This document shows positions 41,970 through 51,899 of a stretch of DNA of 64,000 nt, in pieces. Under the pieces are notes generated by a model. It saw nothing but the letters and a program-made list of their open reading frames with translations, searched no databases and had not been told where the DNA came from. Position 1 is the stretch's first letter. Each line of letters begins with the position of its first letter. The stretch comes from Bacilli bacterium. GTDB lineage: Bacteria; Bacillota_I; Bacilli_A; RF39; UBA660. Where the stretch lies: NCBI GenBank assembly GCA_017940575.1, contig JAGAYJ010000006.1, positions 805 through 64,804 of the forward strand. Reading direction: 5' to 3'. The translations under genes were made by a program, and so were the position numbers.

Positions 41970-43255
41970 TTTAACTCTTTTTTTATATGAATTAATTGAT
42001 GCATTGTTACAATTATGATATTTACGCTTAAAGCAACAATAAGTGACCATAGTCCTATTTTTAAATAGGAAAGAATGAATAATAAAAGTGTTCTAATAAT
42101 CATGCCATAAAGAGTTCCTTTCATAGCTGTTGAAGACTTTCCCATAGCTTGAAGACTAGATGTTAGTGGAGCTTGTATATAGTGTAGTAAACAAATTGGT
42201 GCAAGGATTTTAATATATATAATACCATTTGTAGTATTATATAAAAGTCTAAGAGGAATATCTGGTATAAACATAAAAATAATTGTACATGGGACTCCAA
42301 TAATAAGTGAGTAAAAAATAGCTTGATTAATTTTTCTTTTAATAAAACTTTTATTACCTTTTGAGTAAGCATTACTAACAATAGGAATCAGAGCTTGTGA
42401 AATTGCCATAGTAAAAAATGATGGAAGAAGAATTAAAGGCATAACATATCCGTTAATTATTCCATATTCATTAATAATATAATCATTAGTATAAAATTTT
42501 GATAGTACAAAAGTTAAAATAATTGGTTCTAAGAAGTATCCTATATTTCCAATTAATCTACTTCCAGTTGTAGGTAGGCTTATATCAAGTATTTTTTTAA
42601 AACTATTAAAACTTAATTTAAAATCTTTTTTCTTAATTTTTATATTTTTGGGAGAGCATACTAAAAATATTATAATTGAAGATAACTCACTTACAATAGA
42701 TATTAAAAATAAAAATGCTACTGTGTATTCTATGCTTATTTTATTTAATCTAGGAACAAATAGAATAATTAATATAAGTCTTATAACGTCTTCTAATACA
42801 TTTGAAATCACATGTGGATACATTCTAGTTTTACCAAAAAAATAAGCCCTTAAAATAGATGATATAGATACAAAAGGAAGTACAAGAGAAATTGCAATTA
42901 AACCTAGATAACAGCTTTTTTCATGTAGAAGATTAATTGCAATAAACTTAGAAGTTAAAACCAGTACTGCAATTACAATGAAGTTAATAATCATTGAAAT
43001 TGGAATAAGCCCTAAAACAATATTTTTATTATTATATTTTTCTTCGGCAACTAACTTTGATATAGCAACTGGAAAACCAAGTTGAGTAATTGCTATAAGT
43101 AGACTATATGTTGGCATAATTAACATATAAAGTCCTATGCCTTTTGATCCTATTAAACGAGTCATAGTAATTTTTATAATCATTCCAAGAGTTTTTGTAA
43201 TAAAACCGCCAATTATTAATAATAAAGTTATTCTAAAAAAGTTATTTTTTTTCAT
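41966..43255 (-). CDS. MOP-superfamily flippase, SpoVB-like (shorter than B. subtilis SpoVB)
   Basis: About 12 TM. N-terminus FITKTLGMIIKITMTRLIGSKGIGLYMLIMPTYSLLIAITQLGFPVAISKLVAE follows the SpoVB/MurJ-like pattern. Synteny with comN-like and secDF as in Bacillus. Confidence 0.65.
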   Translation of the reverse strand: MKKNNFFRITLLLIIGGFITKTLGMIIKITMTRLIGSKGIGLYMLIMPTYSLLIAITQLGFPVAISKLVAEEKYNNKNIVLGLIPISMIINFIVIAVLVLTSKFIAINLLHEKSCYLGLIAISLVLPFVSISSILRAYFFGKTRMYPHVISNVLEDVIRLILIILFVPRLNKISIEYTVAFLFLISIVSELSSIIIFLVCSPKNIKIKKKDFKLSFNSFKKILDISLPTTGSRLIGNIGYFLEPIILTFVLSKFYTNDYIINEYGIINGYVMPLILLPSFFTMAISQALIPIVSNAYSKGNKSFIKRKINQAIFYSLIIGVPCTIIFMFIPDIPLRLLYNTTNGIIYIKILAPICLLHYIQAPLTSSLQAMGKSSTAMKGTLYGMIIRTLLLFILSYLKIGLWSLIVALSVNIIIVTMHQLIHIKKELN

Positions 43256-43346
43256 AAATACCCCTTAAAAACCTTTAAAAATATATAAAAATAATCTATA
43301 ATATATATATGCAGAATATTTGTCTTTTAGTATAGGAGGAATATTT

Positions 43347-43625
43347 ATGATAGATGACATTAAATCATTAGAAGAATTGTATAAAAGAGTTAGACCAGCC
43401 TTAACTACAAAAAAAGAGGAAATGCGTAGAAATGGTTATGTCTATATTAAAGAAGAAGATATATGGAATTATTTAAAAGAAATAAAGTGGAAGAAGTCTG
43501 TAGATCTATCTTTATATCAAATGACATCTGATATTTTAGATACTAATGAATTAGTCATCGATGAATATTTAAGGGGAAAATTAAATTTAAAAAATAGAAG
43601 AGTATATTTTAAAGAGGAAGAGTGA
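43347..43625 (+). CDS. ComN-like post-transcriptional regulator (YrzD family)
   Basis: The start is moved to ATG 43347 (AGGAGG upstream). LYKRVRPALTTKKEEMRRNGYVYIKEEDIWNYL...KW. Position between spoVB-like and secDF. Confidence 0.55.
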   Translation: MIDDIKSLEELYKRVRPALTTKKEEMRRNGYVYIKEEDIWNYLKEIKWKKSVDLSLYQMTSDILDTNELVIDEYLRGKLNLKNRRVYFKEEE

Positions 43626-43629
43626 TAAC

Positions 43630-45858
43630 ATGAAAAAAAATAAGCAAAAAAAAGGTATACTTAAAAACTTACTTGTTGTATTTGTATTAATTATATTTAC
43701 AGCACTTTTAATACCAGGTGTATTTGGTAGTTTAAAATTTGGACTTGATTTACAGGGAGGTTTTGAGGTTTTATATCAAGTAGAAACTGTTGATGATAGT
43801 GAAATTACAAAAGATGTAATGAATAGTACATATAAAGCATTACTAAAAAGAATAGATATCTTAGGAGTAAATGAACCAGTCATTACAATAGAAGGCAATG
43901 ATAAAATACGCGTTCAATTAGCTGGGGTTACTGATCAAGATGAAGCAAGAAAAATATTAAGTAGTGCAGCTACACTTACATTTAGAGATACATCTGATAA
44001 CTTACTAATGACAAGTAGTGTTTTAAAAGCTGGAGGTGCATCAGTTGGACAAGATTCTAAAGGACGTCCTGCTGTAAAACTTTCAGTATCTGATAAAGAT
44101 GAATTTTATAATGTAACAAAGAGAATTAGTGGTACAACTGATAAAACAATTGTTATATGGTTAGATTATGAAGAAGGTGTTAGTAAATTTGCAAATGAGC
44201 AAGGTAAATGTGGAACATCTGAATCTAAATGTTTATCTGCTGCAACTGTATCACAAGGATTTGCAAGTGATGTTATAATTCAAGGAGACTTTACAACAGA
44301 AGAAGTTAATAACTTAGTTAGTTTAATTAATTCAGGAAGTCTTCCAACAAAATTAAATGAATTATCTTCTAAAACAGTTGGTGCATCATTTGGTAGTGAT
44401 TCTTTATCTAAGATGGTTATTGCAGGATCAATTGGATTTGCATTTGTAGTACTTATTATGGTTAGTTTATATCGTTTTGCTGGATTTATATCTAGTGTTG
44501 GGCTTTTAATATATACAGTTTTAACATTTGGTATATTTTGGCTAGTAGGTGGAGTTCTTACTCTTCCAGGTATTGCTGCTATGGTACTTGGTATTGGTAT
44601 GGCAGTTGATTCAAATGTAATTAACTTTGAAAGAATTAAAGATGAGATGCAAAGCGGTATATCACTTTCTACTGCATTTAAAAAAGGAAATAAGAATTCA
44701 ATTTCTACTATTATTGATGCTAACCTTACAACATTTATAATAGCACTTATCTTATTTATTTTTGGTGAGAGTAGTGTTAAAGGATTTGCTACTATGCTAA
44801 TGATTTCAATTGTGACAACTATGCTTATAATGGTTGTATTTACAAGAGTGTTATTAAAACTATTTGTAGATGCAGATTTATTTGTTAAAAAACCAAAGTT
44901 ATTTATTGGTAGAATAAGAGAAAACATTAAATCATTTAAATTTGTTAATAGTGCAAAAAAGTTTGTTCTAATATCTATCTTATTAATTATAATAGGTGCT
45001 ATCTCACTTGGAGTTAAAAAAATGAACTTAGGTGTTGATTTTAAAGGTGGTACTTCTATTAATATTAAATCAGAGAATATTCTTAAAATAAAGGATGTAG
45101 AAAAATATATTGAAAAACTAGGATACACAATAAATGATGATGAGGTTATTGATGATAATACTGTTTATGTAAAAATAACAGATAAATTAACACAACAACA
45201 AATATTGAACTTAAAAAATAATTTAGAAAAAGATTATAAAGCATCAAGTGATATTGGTGTTGTATCTGATATGGTAAAACGCGAACTTATAAAGAATGCT
45301 ATTATGTCTTTATTACTTGCTGCTATAGCAATCATTATCTATATTTCTTTAAGATTTAGATTTAATTATGCAGTAAGTGCTATTGTTGCATTACTTCATG
45401 ATGTATTCTTAATATTTGCTACATTTAGTTTATTTAATTTAGAAGTAGAAACTATCTTTATAGCAGCTATCTTAACAATTATAGGTTATTCAATTAATGA
45501 TACTATTGTCGTATTTGATCGTATTAGAGAAAATATGAATAATGATAAACCAAAAAATAAAGATGAATTAAAAGTTGTAGTTGATAAGAGTTTAAATCAA
45601 GTTATTAAAAGAAGCTTTATTACAAGTATAACTACAATTGTTACAGTTTTATGCTTAATTTTATTTGGTTCACACGAAGTAATGGAGTTTAATATTGCTT
45701 TATTAGTAGGACTTGTTGCTGGAACATATTCATCAATATTTATTGCTGGTTGGTTATGGTATGTGATGGAATCTAAAGTGGTTGGTAAACCAAAAAGAAA
45801 AAAATGGTATGAAATAGATGAAATAGAAGAGAAAAAAGTAAAAGGGGTAAATAATTAA
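43630..45858 (+). CDS. secDF: Fused protein translocase subunit SecDF
   Basis: 742 aa. SecD start LKFGLDLQGGFEVLYQV. Second half LGVDFKGGTSINI (SecF). 12 TM. Confidence 0.9.
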   Translation: MKKNKQKKGILKNLLVVFVLIIFTALLIPGVFGSLKFGLDLQGGFEVLYQVETVDDSEITKDVMNSTYKALLKRIDILGVNEPVITIEGNDKIRVQLAGVTDQDEARKILSSAATLTFRDTSDNLLMTSSVLKAGGASVGQDSKGRPAVKLSVSDKDEFYNVTKRISGTTDKTIVIWLDYEEGVSKFANEQGKCGTSESKCLSAATVSQGFASDVIIQGDFTTEEVNNLVSLINSGSLPTKLNELSSKTVGASFGSDSLSKMVIAGSIGFAFVVLIMVSLYRFAGFISSVGLLIYTVLTFGIFWLVGGVLTLPGIAAMVLGIGMAVDSNVINFERIKDEMQSGISLSTAFKKGNKNSISTIIDANLTTFIIALILFIFGESSVKGFATMLMISIVTTMLIMVVFTRVLLKLFVDADLFVKKPKLFIGRIRENIKSFKFVNSAKKFVLISILLIIIGAISLGVKKMNLGVDFKGGTSINIKSENILKIKDVEKYIEKLGYTINDDEVIDDNTVYVKITDKLTQQQILNLKNNLEKDYKASSDIGVVSDMVKRELIKNAIMSLLLAAIAIIIYISLRFRFNYAVSAIVALLHDVFLIFATFSLFNLEVETIFIAAILTIIGYSINDTIVVFDRIRENMNNDKPKNKDELKVVVDKSLNQVIKRSFITSITTIVTVLCLILFGSHEVMEFNIALLVGLVAGTYSSIFIAGWLWYVMESKVVGKPKRKKWYEIDEIEEKKVKGVNN

Positions 45859-45870
45859 GGAGTTGATTTA

Positions 45871-46389
45871 ATGCTTTTAACAGATAAAAAAAATCGTAAT
45901 TATGCATATATTTCACTAGATGATATTATTGAATCTTTAGAAAAATCTAGTGAATTAAATGATTCCGAAAAAAAAGAACTAAAAAGATTATATTATTCAC
46001 AAGATTATATAGATGAAAAAATTAGAATATCTAAAAGAAGTAAATCTTATCAAATATTAAAAAATTGTAAAAACATAATAGATGGTGATACATATATTAA
46101 TTCAACTATGTTATCTGTAGCTTATACAAGAGCTTCTTATGAATTTAATTATGAAATGAAAGATCGTTTATTTAAATATTTAAAAAGATATTTTGATAAT
46201 ATAGCTGAAGGTAAATCAAATGAAAAGTTAAATCAAAAAATATTATGTGATGATAAGGTAATGGAATATGTCCATAAATATGATTCTATTGAAGAATATA
46301 CAAAATATTTAATAGGAACACGTATAAAAGAAACTAAAAAAACTGATAAGGTTGAGATTAAAAATAGGAGTTACGTAAAAGCAGCTTAG
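45871..46389 (+). CDS. Hypothetical protein
   Basis: 172-aa ORF with RBS AAGGAG. No motif recognised. Confidence 0.5.
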   Translation: MLLTDKKNRNYAYISLDDIIESLEKSSELNDSEKKELKRLYYSQDYIDEKIRISKRSKSYQILKNCKNIIDGDTYINSTMLSVAYTRASYEFNYEMKDRLFKYLKRYFDNIAEGKSNEKLNQKILCDDKVMEYVHKYDSIEEYTKYLIGTRIKETKKTDKVEIKNRSYVKAA

Positions 46390-46399
46390 GTGGTGTGCT

Positions 46400-48541
46400 A
46401 TGACTAAACATAAAAAAATTACAATAGATGATTTATTAGATAAATTATCTTACATGAATGAGGAAGAATTAAAACTTATAAATAAAAGTTATGATTTTGC
46501 CTCTAAAGTATATTTTGGAAGTAAAAGATTAACGGGTGACAATTATATTGATCACCCTTTAAACGTTGCATATATATTAACGGATATAAAAGCTGATGCT
46601 GATACTATATCGGCAGCTCTTTTGCACGATGTATATGAATTTGATCAGAATATAGATTTGTCTAGTTTTAATAAAAATATATGTAATTTAGTAAATGGTG
46701 TTGAAAAGTTAAAAAAATTGAATTTTGATATATCTACAGAATCTTCTATTGCAATGCAAAGAAAAATATTAGTAGGACTTACAGATGATGTTAGAGTAAT
46801 AATCATTAGACTTGCAGAACAATTACATGATATGAGAACTCTATGGGTTGTATCAGAAGAAGAACAAAAGAGAATGGCAAATGAAACAACATCTGTTTTA
46901 ACACCAATTGCGCACCGTTTAGGTATGAATAAAATAAAAGGAGAACTAGAGGATTTATCTCTTCGTTATTCAAAACCTGATGTATATTTTTCAATTGTTG
47001 ATAAATTAAACCAAACAAAGCAAGAGAGAGATAAAGATGTTCAAGAGATGATTGATGCTGTATCTAAAATATTAAATGATAATGGAATAAAACATCAAAT
47101 TAAAGGTAGATCTAAAAGTATATATAGTATTTATAAAAAACTGGATAAAGGTAAAAAATATAGTGAAATATATGACTTACTTGCGCTTCGCGTCTTTGTA
47201 GAAAAAGAAACAGAATGTTATCAAGCATTAGGTTTAATTCATTCAGCTTTTAAACCAATGCCTAAGAGATTTAAAGATTATATAGCTAATCCTAAAACTA
47301 ATATGTATCAATCACTTCATACAACAGTATTTGGTATATATGATAATTTATATGAAATACAAATTAGAACATATGAAATGGATGAAGTGGCAGAAAGAGG
47401 TATTGCTGCTCACTTCTCATATAAAGAACAAGGAAGTAATAAATTAGCATCTAAAAATGAAATGGAAAGTAAACTTCAGTTCTTCAGATCAATAATGGAA
47501 TTAAATAGTGAAGAAACTTCAGATGAAGAATTTGTTGCATCCGTAAAAGAGGAATTTAATTCAACTATTTATGTATTCACACCTAGAGGAGATGTAATAG
47601 AACTTCCAAGTGGAGCAACTCCAATCGATTTTGCATATAAAGTACATAGTGGTGTTGGTGATAAAATGGTTGGAGCTATTGTCAATAATGTAATGGTTCC
47701 ACTTGATTATGAACTTAAAAATGAAGATGTTGTTAAAATAAATACTAATAATAATTCAAAAGGACCAAGTCTTGAATGGATAAATATGGCAAAAACTGCT
47801 CAAGCTAAGGGGAAGATAAAATCATTTTTTAATAAAATAGATAAAGAAGAATATCTTAAAAAAGGTGAAGATTTACTTAACAAAGAACTACATAGAAAGA
47901 AAATTGCATATAATGAGTTTTTTAAGGATACAAATGTTGAAAAACTAAATAAAAGTTTAAAGATGGATTTAAATGAAATTTATATTGCAATTGGTAGTTC
48001 TAAATTAACACCTATAGCAGTTATAAATACAATTTATAATGATGGAGAATCAAAAGAAGATATACTTTTAAAAAAGGTATCTGCTACTAATAAAAATCAA
48101 AATATAAAACGAGATATTGTGGTTGACGGAATAGATGAGGTAAAACTTAAACTAGCTTCTTGTTGTAAACCTATTCCAGGAGATAATATCGTTGGTTATA
48201 TTACAAAAGGATATGGAATATCAGTACATAGAATGAGTTGTCCAAATTTAAGTGACTTAAATGAAAGACTTATTTCTGTAAAATGGGGAGATGTTGAAAA
48301 CAAAAAATATTCAGCAACACTTCTTATCAAAACAGAAAAGAAGGATAATATTTTGCTTGAAATTATATCTAAAGCGTCTAATAATAATATAAATGTTGAG
48401 TCAATTAATACATATAATAATGATGATGATATATTATTTGAATTAACTATTTTAGTAGAAAACACCGAAGTTTTAGACAAATATATGAGTGCTGTTAAAA
48501 GTATTCCTTCATGCCTTAGTGTAGAAAGGAGTATGTCATGA
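46400..48541 (+). CDS. relA: Bifunctional (p)ppGpp synthetase/hydrolase (RelA/SpoT homolog)
   Basis: HD domain (HPLNVAYIL...LLHDVYE). Synthetase block (KSIYSIYKKL...YDLLALRVFV, YQSLHTTV). TGS (IYVFTPRGDVIELPSGATPIDFAYKVHSGVG). C-terminal ACT-like domain. Confidence 0.9.
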   Translation: MTKHKKITIDDLLDKLSYMNEEELKLINKSYDFASKVYFGSKRLTGDNYIDHPLNVAYILTDIKADADTISAALLHDVYEFDQNIDLSSFNKNICNLVNGVEKLKKLNFDISTESSIAMQRKILVGLTDDVRVIIIRLAEQLHDMRTLWVVSEEEQKRMANETTSVLTPIAHRLGMNKIKGELEDLSLRYSKPDVYFSIVDKLNQTKQERDKDVQEMIDAVSKILNDNGIKHQIKGRSKSIYSIYKKLDKGKKYSEIYDLLALRVFVEKETECYQALGLIHSAFKPMPKRFKDYIANPKTNMYQSLHTTVFGIYDNLYEIQIRTYEMDEVAERGIAAHFSYKEQGSNKLASKNEMESKLQFFRSIMELNSEETSDEEFVASVKEEFNSTIYVFTPRGDVIELPSGATPIDFAYKVHSGVGDKMVGAIVNNVMVPLDYELKNEDVVKINTNNNSKGPSLEWINMAKTAQAKGKIKSFFNKIDKEEYLKKGEDLLNKELHRKKIAYNEFFKDTNVEKLNKSLKMDLNEIYIAIGSSKLTPIAVINTIYNDGESKEDILLKKVSATNKNQNIKRDIVVDGIDEVKLKLASCCKPIPGDNIVGYITKGYGISVHRMSCPNLSDLNERLISVKWGDVENKKYSATLLIKTEKKDNILLEIISKASNNNINVESINTYNNDDDILFELTILVENTEVLDKYMSAVKSIPSCLSVERSMS

Positions 48542-48978
48542 GATTACTTGTCCAAAGAAGTTTAAATTCAAGCGTGACTGTTGATAATAAAATAGTGGGT
48601 AAAATTGATTCAGGACTAGTAGTATTTGTTGGTTTTAAAACTGATGATTCTATTAATGATATAGAATATCTTGTAAAGAAACTTGTAAATTTACGTATAT
48701 TTGACGATTTAGATGGTGTAATGAATAAGTCAATACTCGATGTTGGTGGAAAAGTGCTTAGTATTTCACAATTTACTTTATATGCTGATACTAAAAAAGG
48801 AAATAGACCTAGTTATGTAAATTCAATGAAACAAGAGGATGCATCTAAAATGTATGACATATTTAATGAAAAATTAAAACAATATGTTGATGTTGAAACT
48901 GGAATATTTAGAAGTGATATGAAAGTTTGTATTACAAATAATGGGCCAGTTACAATCATGTTAGAAAGTAGAGGATAA
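48538..48978 (+). CDS. dtd: D-aminoacyl-tRNA deacylase
   Basis: MRLLVQRS...VVFVGF...SQFTLYADTKKGNRPSY...NNGPVTIML. Canonical relA-dtd linkage. Confidence 0.9.
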   Translation: MRLLVQRSLNSSVTVDNKIVGKIDSGLVVFVGFKTDDSINDIEYLVKKLVNLRIFDDLDGVMNKSILDVGGKVLSISQFTLYADTKKGNRPSYVNSMKQEDASKMYDIFNEKLKQYVDVETGIFRSDMKVCITNNGPVTIMLESRG

Positions 48979-48979
48979 T

Positions 48980-50047
48980 ATGATAAAAAATAAAATAGAT
49001 TATAAATTAATTAACTGTGCACTTATAATGGCAATTATATTCTTACTTTATAAAACTGGTGGACTTTGGCTTGGCATAATAAGTAAAATATTTGGAATCT
49101 TACTTCCATTTATTATTGCTTTTGCAATTGCATATGCACTTGAGCCTTTAGTTGAATTTTTAACAGAACATAAATTTCCAAAAGGCGTAGCTGTATTTAT
49201 AATTATTTTATTATTTATAGCAATTATAGGCGTTTTTGGATTCGTTGTAGTACCACTTTTATTTAATCAATTAGGTAGTTTATTTAATGGAATAATTAAA
49301 TTTATAAATGAGGTTTCATTTGATTTAGACTTAAATGTTGTAAATTTAAAAGAAACATTAACTAATAGTTTTGATCAAATAATAGATTCAATGAGTAGTT
49401 ATATATCAAGTGGAGCTATTAATGCCATTAGTACTTCAATTGCACTTTTGTCAAAAGTATTTATTACATTTGCAGCATGTATTTATATGTTAATAGATAT
49501 GGATAGCTTTAGAAGTAAGGTAAAAAAATATCTTAAAAAGACATCTAAAAAAATGTATAAATATGTTGTTATATTAGATGAAGAGATGCATAATTATTTA
49601 AGTGGATTTGCAAAAATTATGATTATATCTTTATTTGAATATACTTTATGTTATACTGTTATAGGTCATCCTAATGCTATATTACTTGGATGTTTAGCAA
49701 TGGTGGCAAATCTTATTCCATATTTTGGAGGTATGATTAATAATACTGTTGCTGCTATTACAGCATTTGTAATTAGTCCATCATTATTTATTAAAACAAT
49801 AATATTATTTGTAATTTTATCAATTGTTGATGGTAATGTTATAAATCCAATCGTATATGGAAAAACAAATAAAATTCATCCATTAGTTGTAATTATGAGT
49901 GTATTTGCTGGAGGAGCTTTATTTGGAATACTTGGTATAGTTATATCTCTTCCATGTGCAATTATATTTATTGCAACAATTAAATATTTTAAAGAGGATG
50001 TATTAGACAAAATAGAAGATATTAAGGAATCAAGAGTAGAAAACTAA
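48980..50047 (+). CDS. AI-2E family transporter (PerM/YtvI-like)
   Basis: Eight TM. LIPYFGGMINNTVAAITAF...VDGNVINPIVYGK motif. Confidence 0.75.
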   Translation: MIKNKIDYKLINCALIMAIIFLLYKTGGLWLGIISKIFGILLPFIIAFAIAYALEPLVEFLTEHKFPKGVAVFIIILLFIAIIGVFGFVVVPLLFNQLGSLFNGIIKFINEVSFDLDLNVVNLKETLTNSFDQIIDSMSSYISSGAINAISTSIALLSKVFITFAACIYMLIDMDSFRSKVKKYLKKTSKKMYKYVVILDEEMHNYLSGFAKIMIISLFEYTLCYTVIGHPNAILLGCLAMVANLIPYFGGMINNTVAAITAFVISPSLFIKTIILFVILSIVDGNVINPIVYGKTNKIHPLVVIMSVFAGGALFGILGIVISLPCAIIFIATIKYFKEDVLDKIEDIKESRVEN

Positions 50048-50121
50048 AAAAGATTATATATTAATCTTTTTTTTTGTTAAAAAAAAATGTATAATGTTAA
50101 TAGAATAAGGAGAGGGTCAAT

Positions 50122-51894
50122 ATGTTAGGAAAGATTTTTTCTATTGAAGAAAACACTGTAATTGTTGATTTAAAAATCGATTTAGAGAAAGAAGAAAATA
50201 TTTTATCTCATCATGTTCTTATGAAAGATGATAAGAGAAGTATAATAGGTGAGATAGTTGATATAAAAAATAATCAAGCTTATATTAATTTGCTTGGAGA
50301 AATAATAAATGATGAATTTGTTTTTGGTGTTATTAGAAAACCTTCATTTAAGTCAAAAGTAACTTTAGTAGAACAAAGTAAAATAAATAAGATAATTGGA
50401 CTTGACTCATACGAGGAAGACAAAGATTTATATATAGGTGAAAGTCCAATATATGAAGGGGTCAAATTAGGAGTAGATATAGATTCATTTTTTAATTCTC
50501 ACTTTGCGATATTTGGATCAACTGGTTCAGGTAAATCATGTAGTGTAGCAAGAATAATTCAAAATTTATTTTCTAAAAAAGATCCAATTCCTTATAGAGC
50601 AAGTATATTTTTATTTGATGCATATGGTGAATATCATGCAGCATTTTCTAAGTTACATGAAGTTGTTCCACAAATTAATTTTAAAGCATATACAACAAAT
50701 CTAGGAATAAGTGATAGTGAATTACTTCGAATTCCACTTTGGTTACTTGGAGTTGATGATATTGCCCTTTTACTTGATGCAGATAAACATTCACAAATTC
50801 CAATTATTGAAAAAGCATTAAAATATGTAAATTTATTTTCTAATAAAGATGCATCAGTTGTAAAAAGTAAAAATGATATTTTAGCTCGTGCAATACTTGA
50901 TATATTATCTAGTGGTAGACCAGCTCCACAAATAAGAGATCAAATATTTTCTGTTTTAACTGGATATAATACACCGGAGTTAAATCTTGATACAATTATT
51001 TATCAACCTGGTTATAGTAGACCTTTAAAACAATGCTTACTTATTGATGCGTCAGGTAAGATTAGAGATATGGAATTAGTTATGAACTTTATGGAAGGAT
51101 TTTTAACTGATGATTATGAATTAACTCTTCCAGATGGTAAAATAATGTATACACTTCAAGATTTAAAAGATGCATTTGATTTCGCACTCATTTCAGAAGG
51201 TGCTTTAAAGAGTGATAAAATATATGATGAAGCTAATATTTTAAAAGTTAGAATGCATACTTTAGCTAATAGTGAAGTGTCAGCATATTTTGACTATCCT
51301 GAATATGTTAGCAAAGATGCATATATTAAAAAACTTCTTACTGCAGATAATGGTGCTAAAGCGCAAATTATAAATTTTAACATTAACTATATTGATGACA
51401 GACTTGCTAAAAATATAACTAAAATATATTCAAAACTTTTATTTGATTATGCAAAAGGTATGGAAAAAAGAGCAAGTTTACCTTTCCATATAATTCTAGA
51501 AGAAGCACATAGATATGTTCAAAATGATAATGATAAATACTTACTTGGTTATAATATATTTGAACGTATTACAAAAGAAGGAAGAAAATATGGTGTAATA
51601 TTAGGACTTATCTCACAAAGACCTAGTGAATTATCTGAGACATCACTTTCTCAATGTAGTAATTTCTTAATATTTAAAATGCTTCATCCAACAGATGTAG
51701 AATATATTAGAGAAATGGTTCCAAATATTACACATGAAGTTGTTAAAAGACTTAGAATTTTACAACCAGGTAACTGTATTGCATTCGGTAGTGCATTTAA
51801 AGTACCAGTTTTAATTAAAGTAGATATGCCAAATCCAGCACCATCAAGTAGTAGTTGTGAAATTGGCAAAATGTGGTTTGTACATAAAAAATAA
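50122..51894 (+). CDS. HerA-like (DUF87) FtsK/HerA-superfamily ATPase with an N-terminal HAS-barrel-like region
   Basis: Walker A AIFGSTGSGKSCSV. Walker B FHIILEEAHRYV. Also GLISQRPSELSETSLSQCSNFLIFKM. No NurA/Sir2/nuclease partner is adjacent. Confidence 0.7.
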   Translation: MLGKIFSIEENTVIVDLKIDLEKEENILSHHVLMKDDKRSIIGEIVDIKNNQAYINLLGEIINDEFVFGVIRKPSFKSKVTLVEQSKINKIIGLDSYEEDKDLYIGESPIYEGVKLGVDIDSFFNSHFAIFGSTGSGKSCSVARIIQNLFSKKDPIPYRASIFLFDAYGEYHAAFSKLHEVVPQINFKAYTTNLGISDSELLRIPLWLLGVDDIALLLDADKHSQIPIIEKALKYVNLFSNKDASVVKSKNDILARAILDILSSGRPAPQIRDQIFSVLTGYNTPELNLDTIIYQPGYSRPLKQCLLIDASGKIRDMELVMNFMEGFLTDDYELTLPDGKIMYTLQDLKDAFDFALISEGALKSDKIYDEANILKVRMHTLANSEVSAYFDYPEYVSKDAYIKKLLTADNGAKAQIINFNINYIDDRLAKNITKIYSKLLFDYAKGMEKRASLPFHIILEEAHRYVQNDNDKYLLGYNIFERITKEGRKYGVILGLISQRPSELSETSLSQCSNFLIFKMLHPTDVEYIREMVPNITHEVVKRLRILQPGNCIAFGSAFKVPVLIKVDMPNPAPSSSSCEIGKMWFVHKK

Positions 51895-51899
51895 AAAAA

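Noticed and set aside
44280-45128. 282-aa ORF antisense to secDF. Similar antisense or shadow ORFs were noticed at 2789-3364, 3473-3679, 5966-6199, 6685-6873, 10374-10631, 12176-12688, 12828-13037, 15315-15557, 22605-22835, 23443-23679, 28653-28913, 29879-30088, 30186-30422, 31683-32006, 35168-35398, 36091-36291, 41033-41227, 42163-42381, 42648-42845, 46806-47018, 48196-48480, 50280-50465, 51684-51869, 53548-53757 and 55089-55295
   Set aside because: All overlap well-supported genes on the opposite strand or in another frame. They have low-complexity I/L/F/S/K-rich composition typical of AT-rich shadow ORFs, and they lack RBS support.
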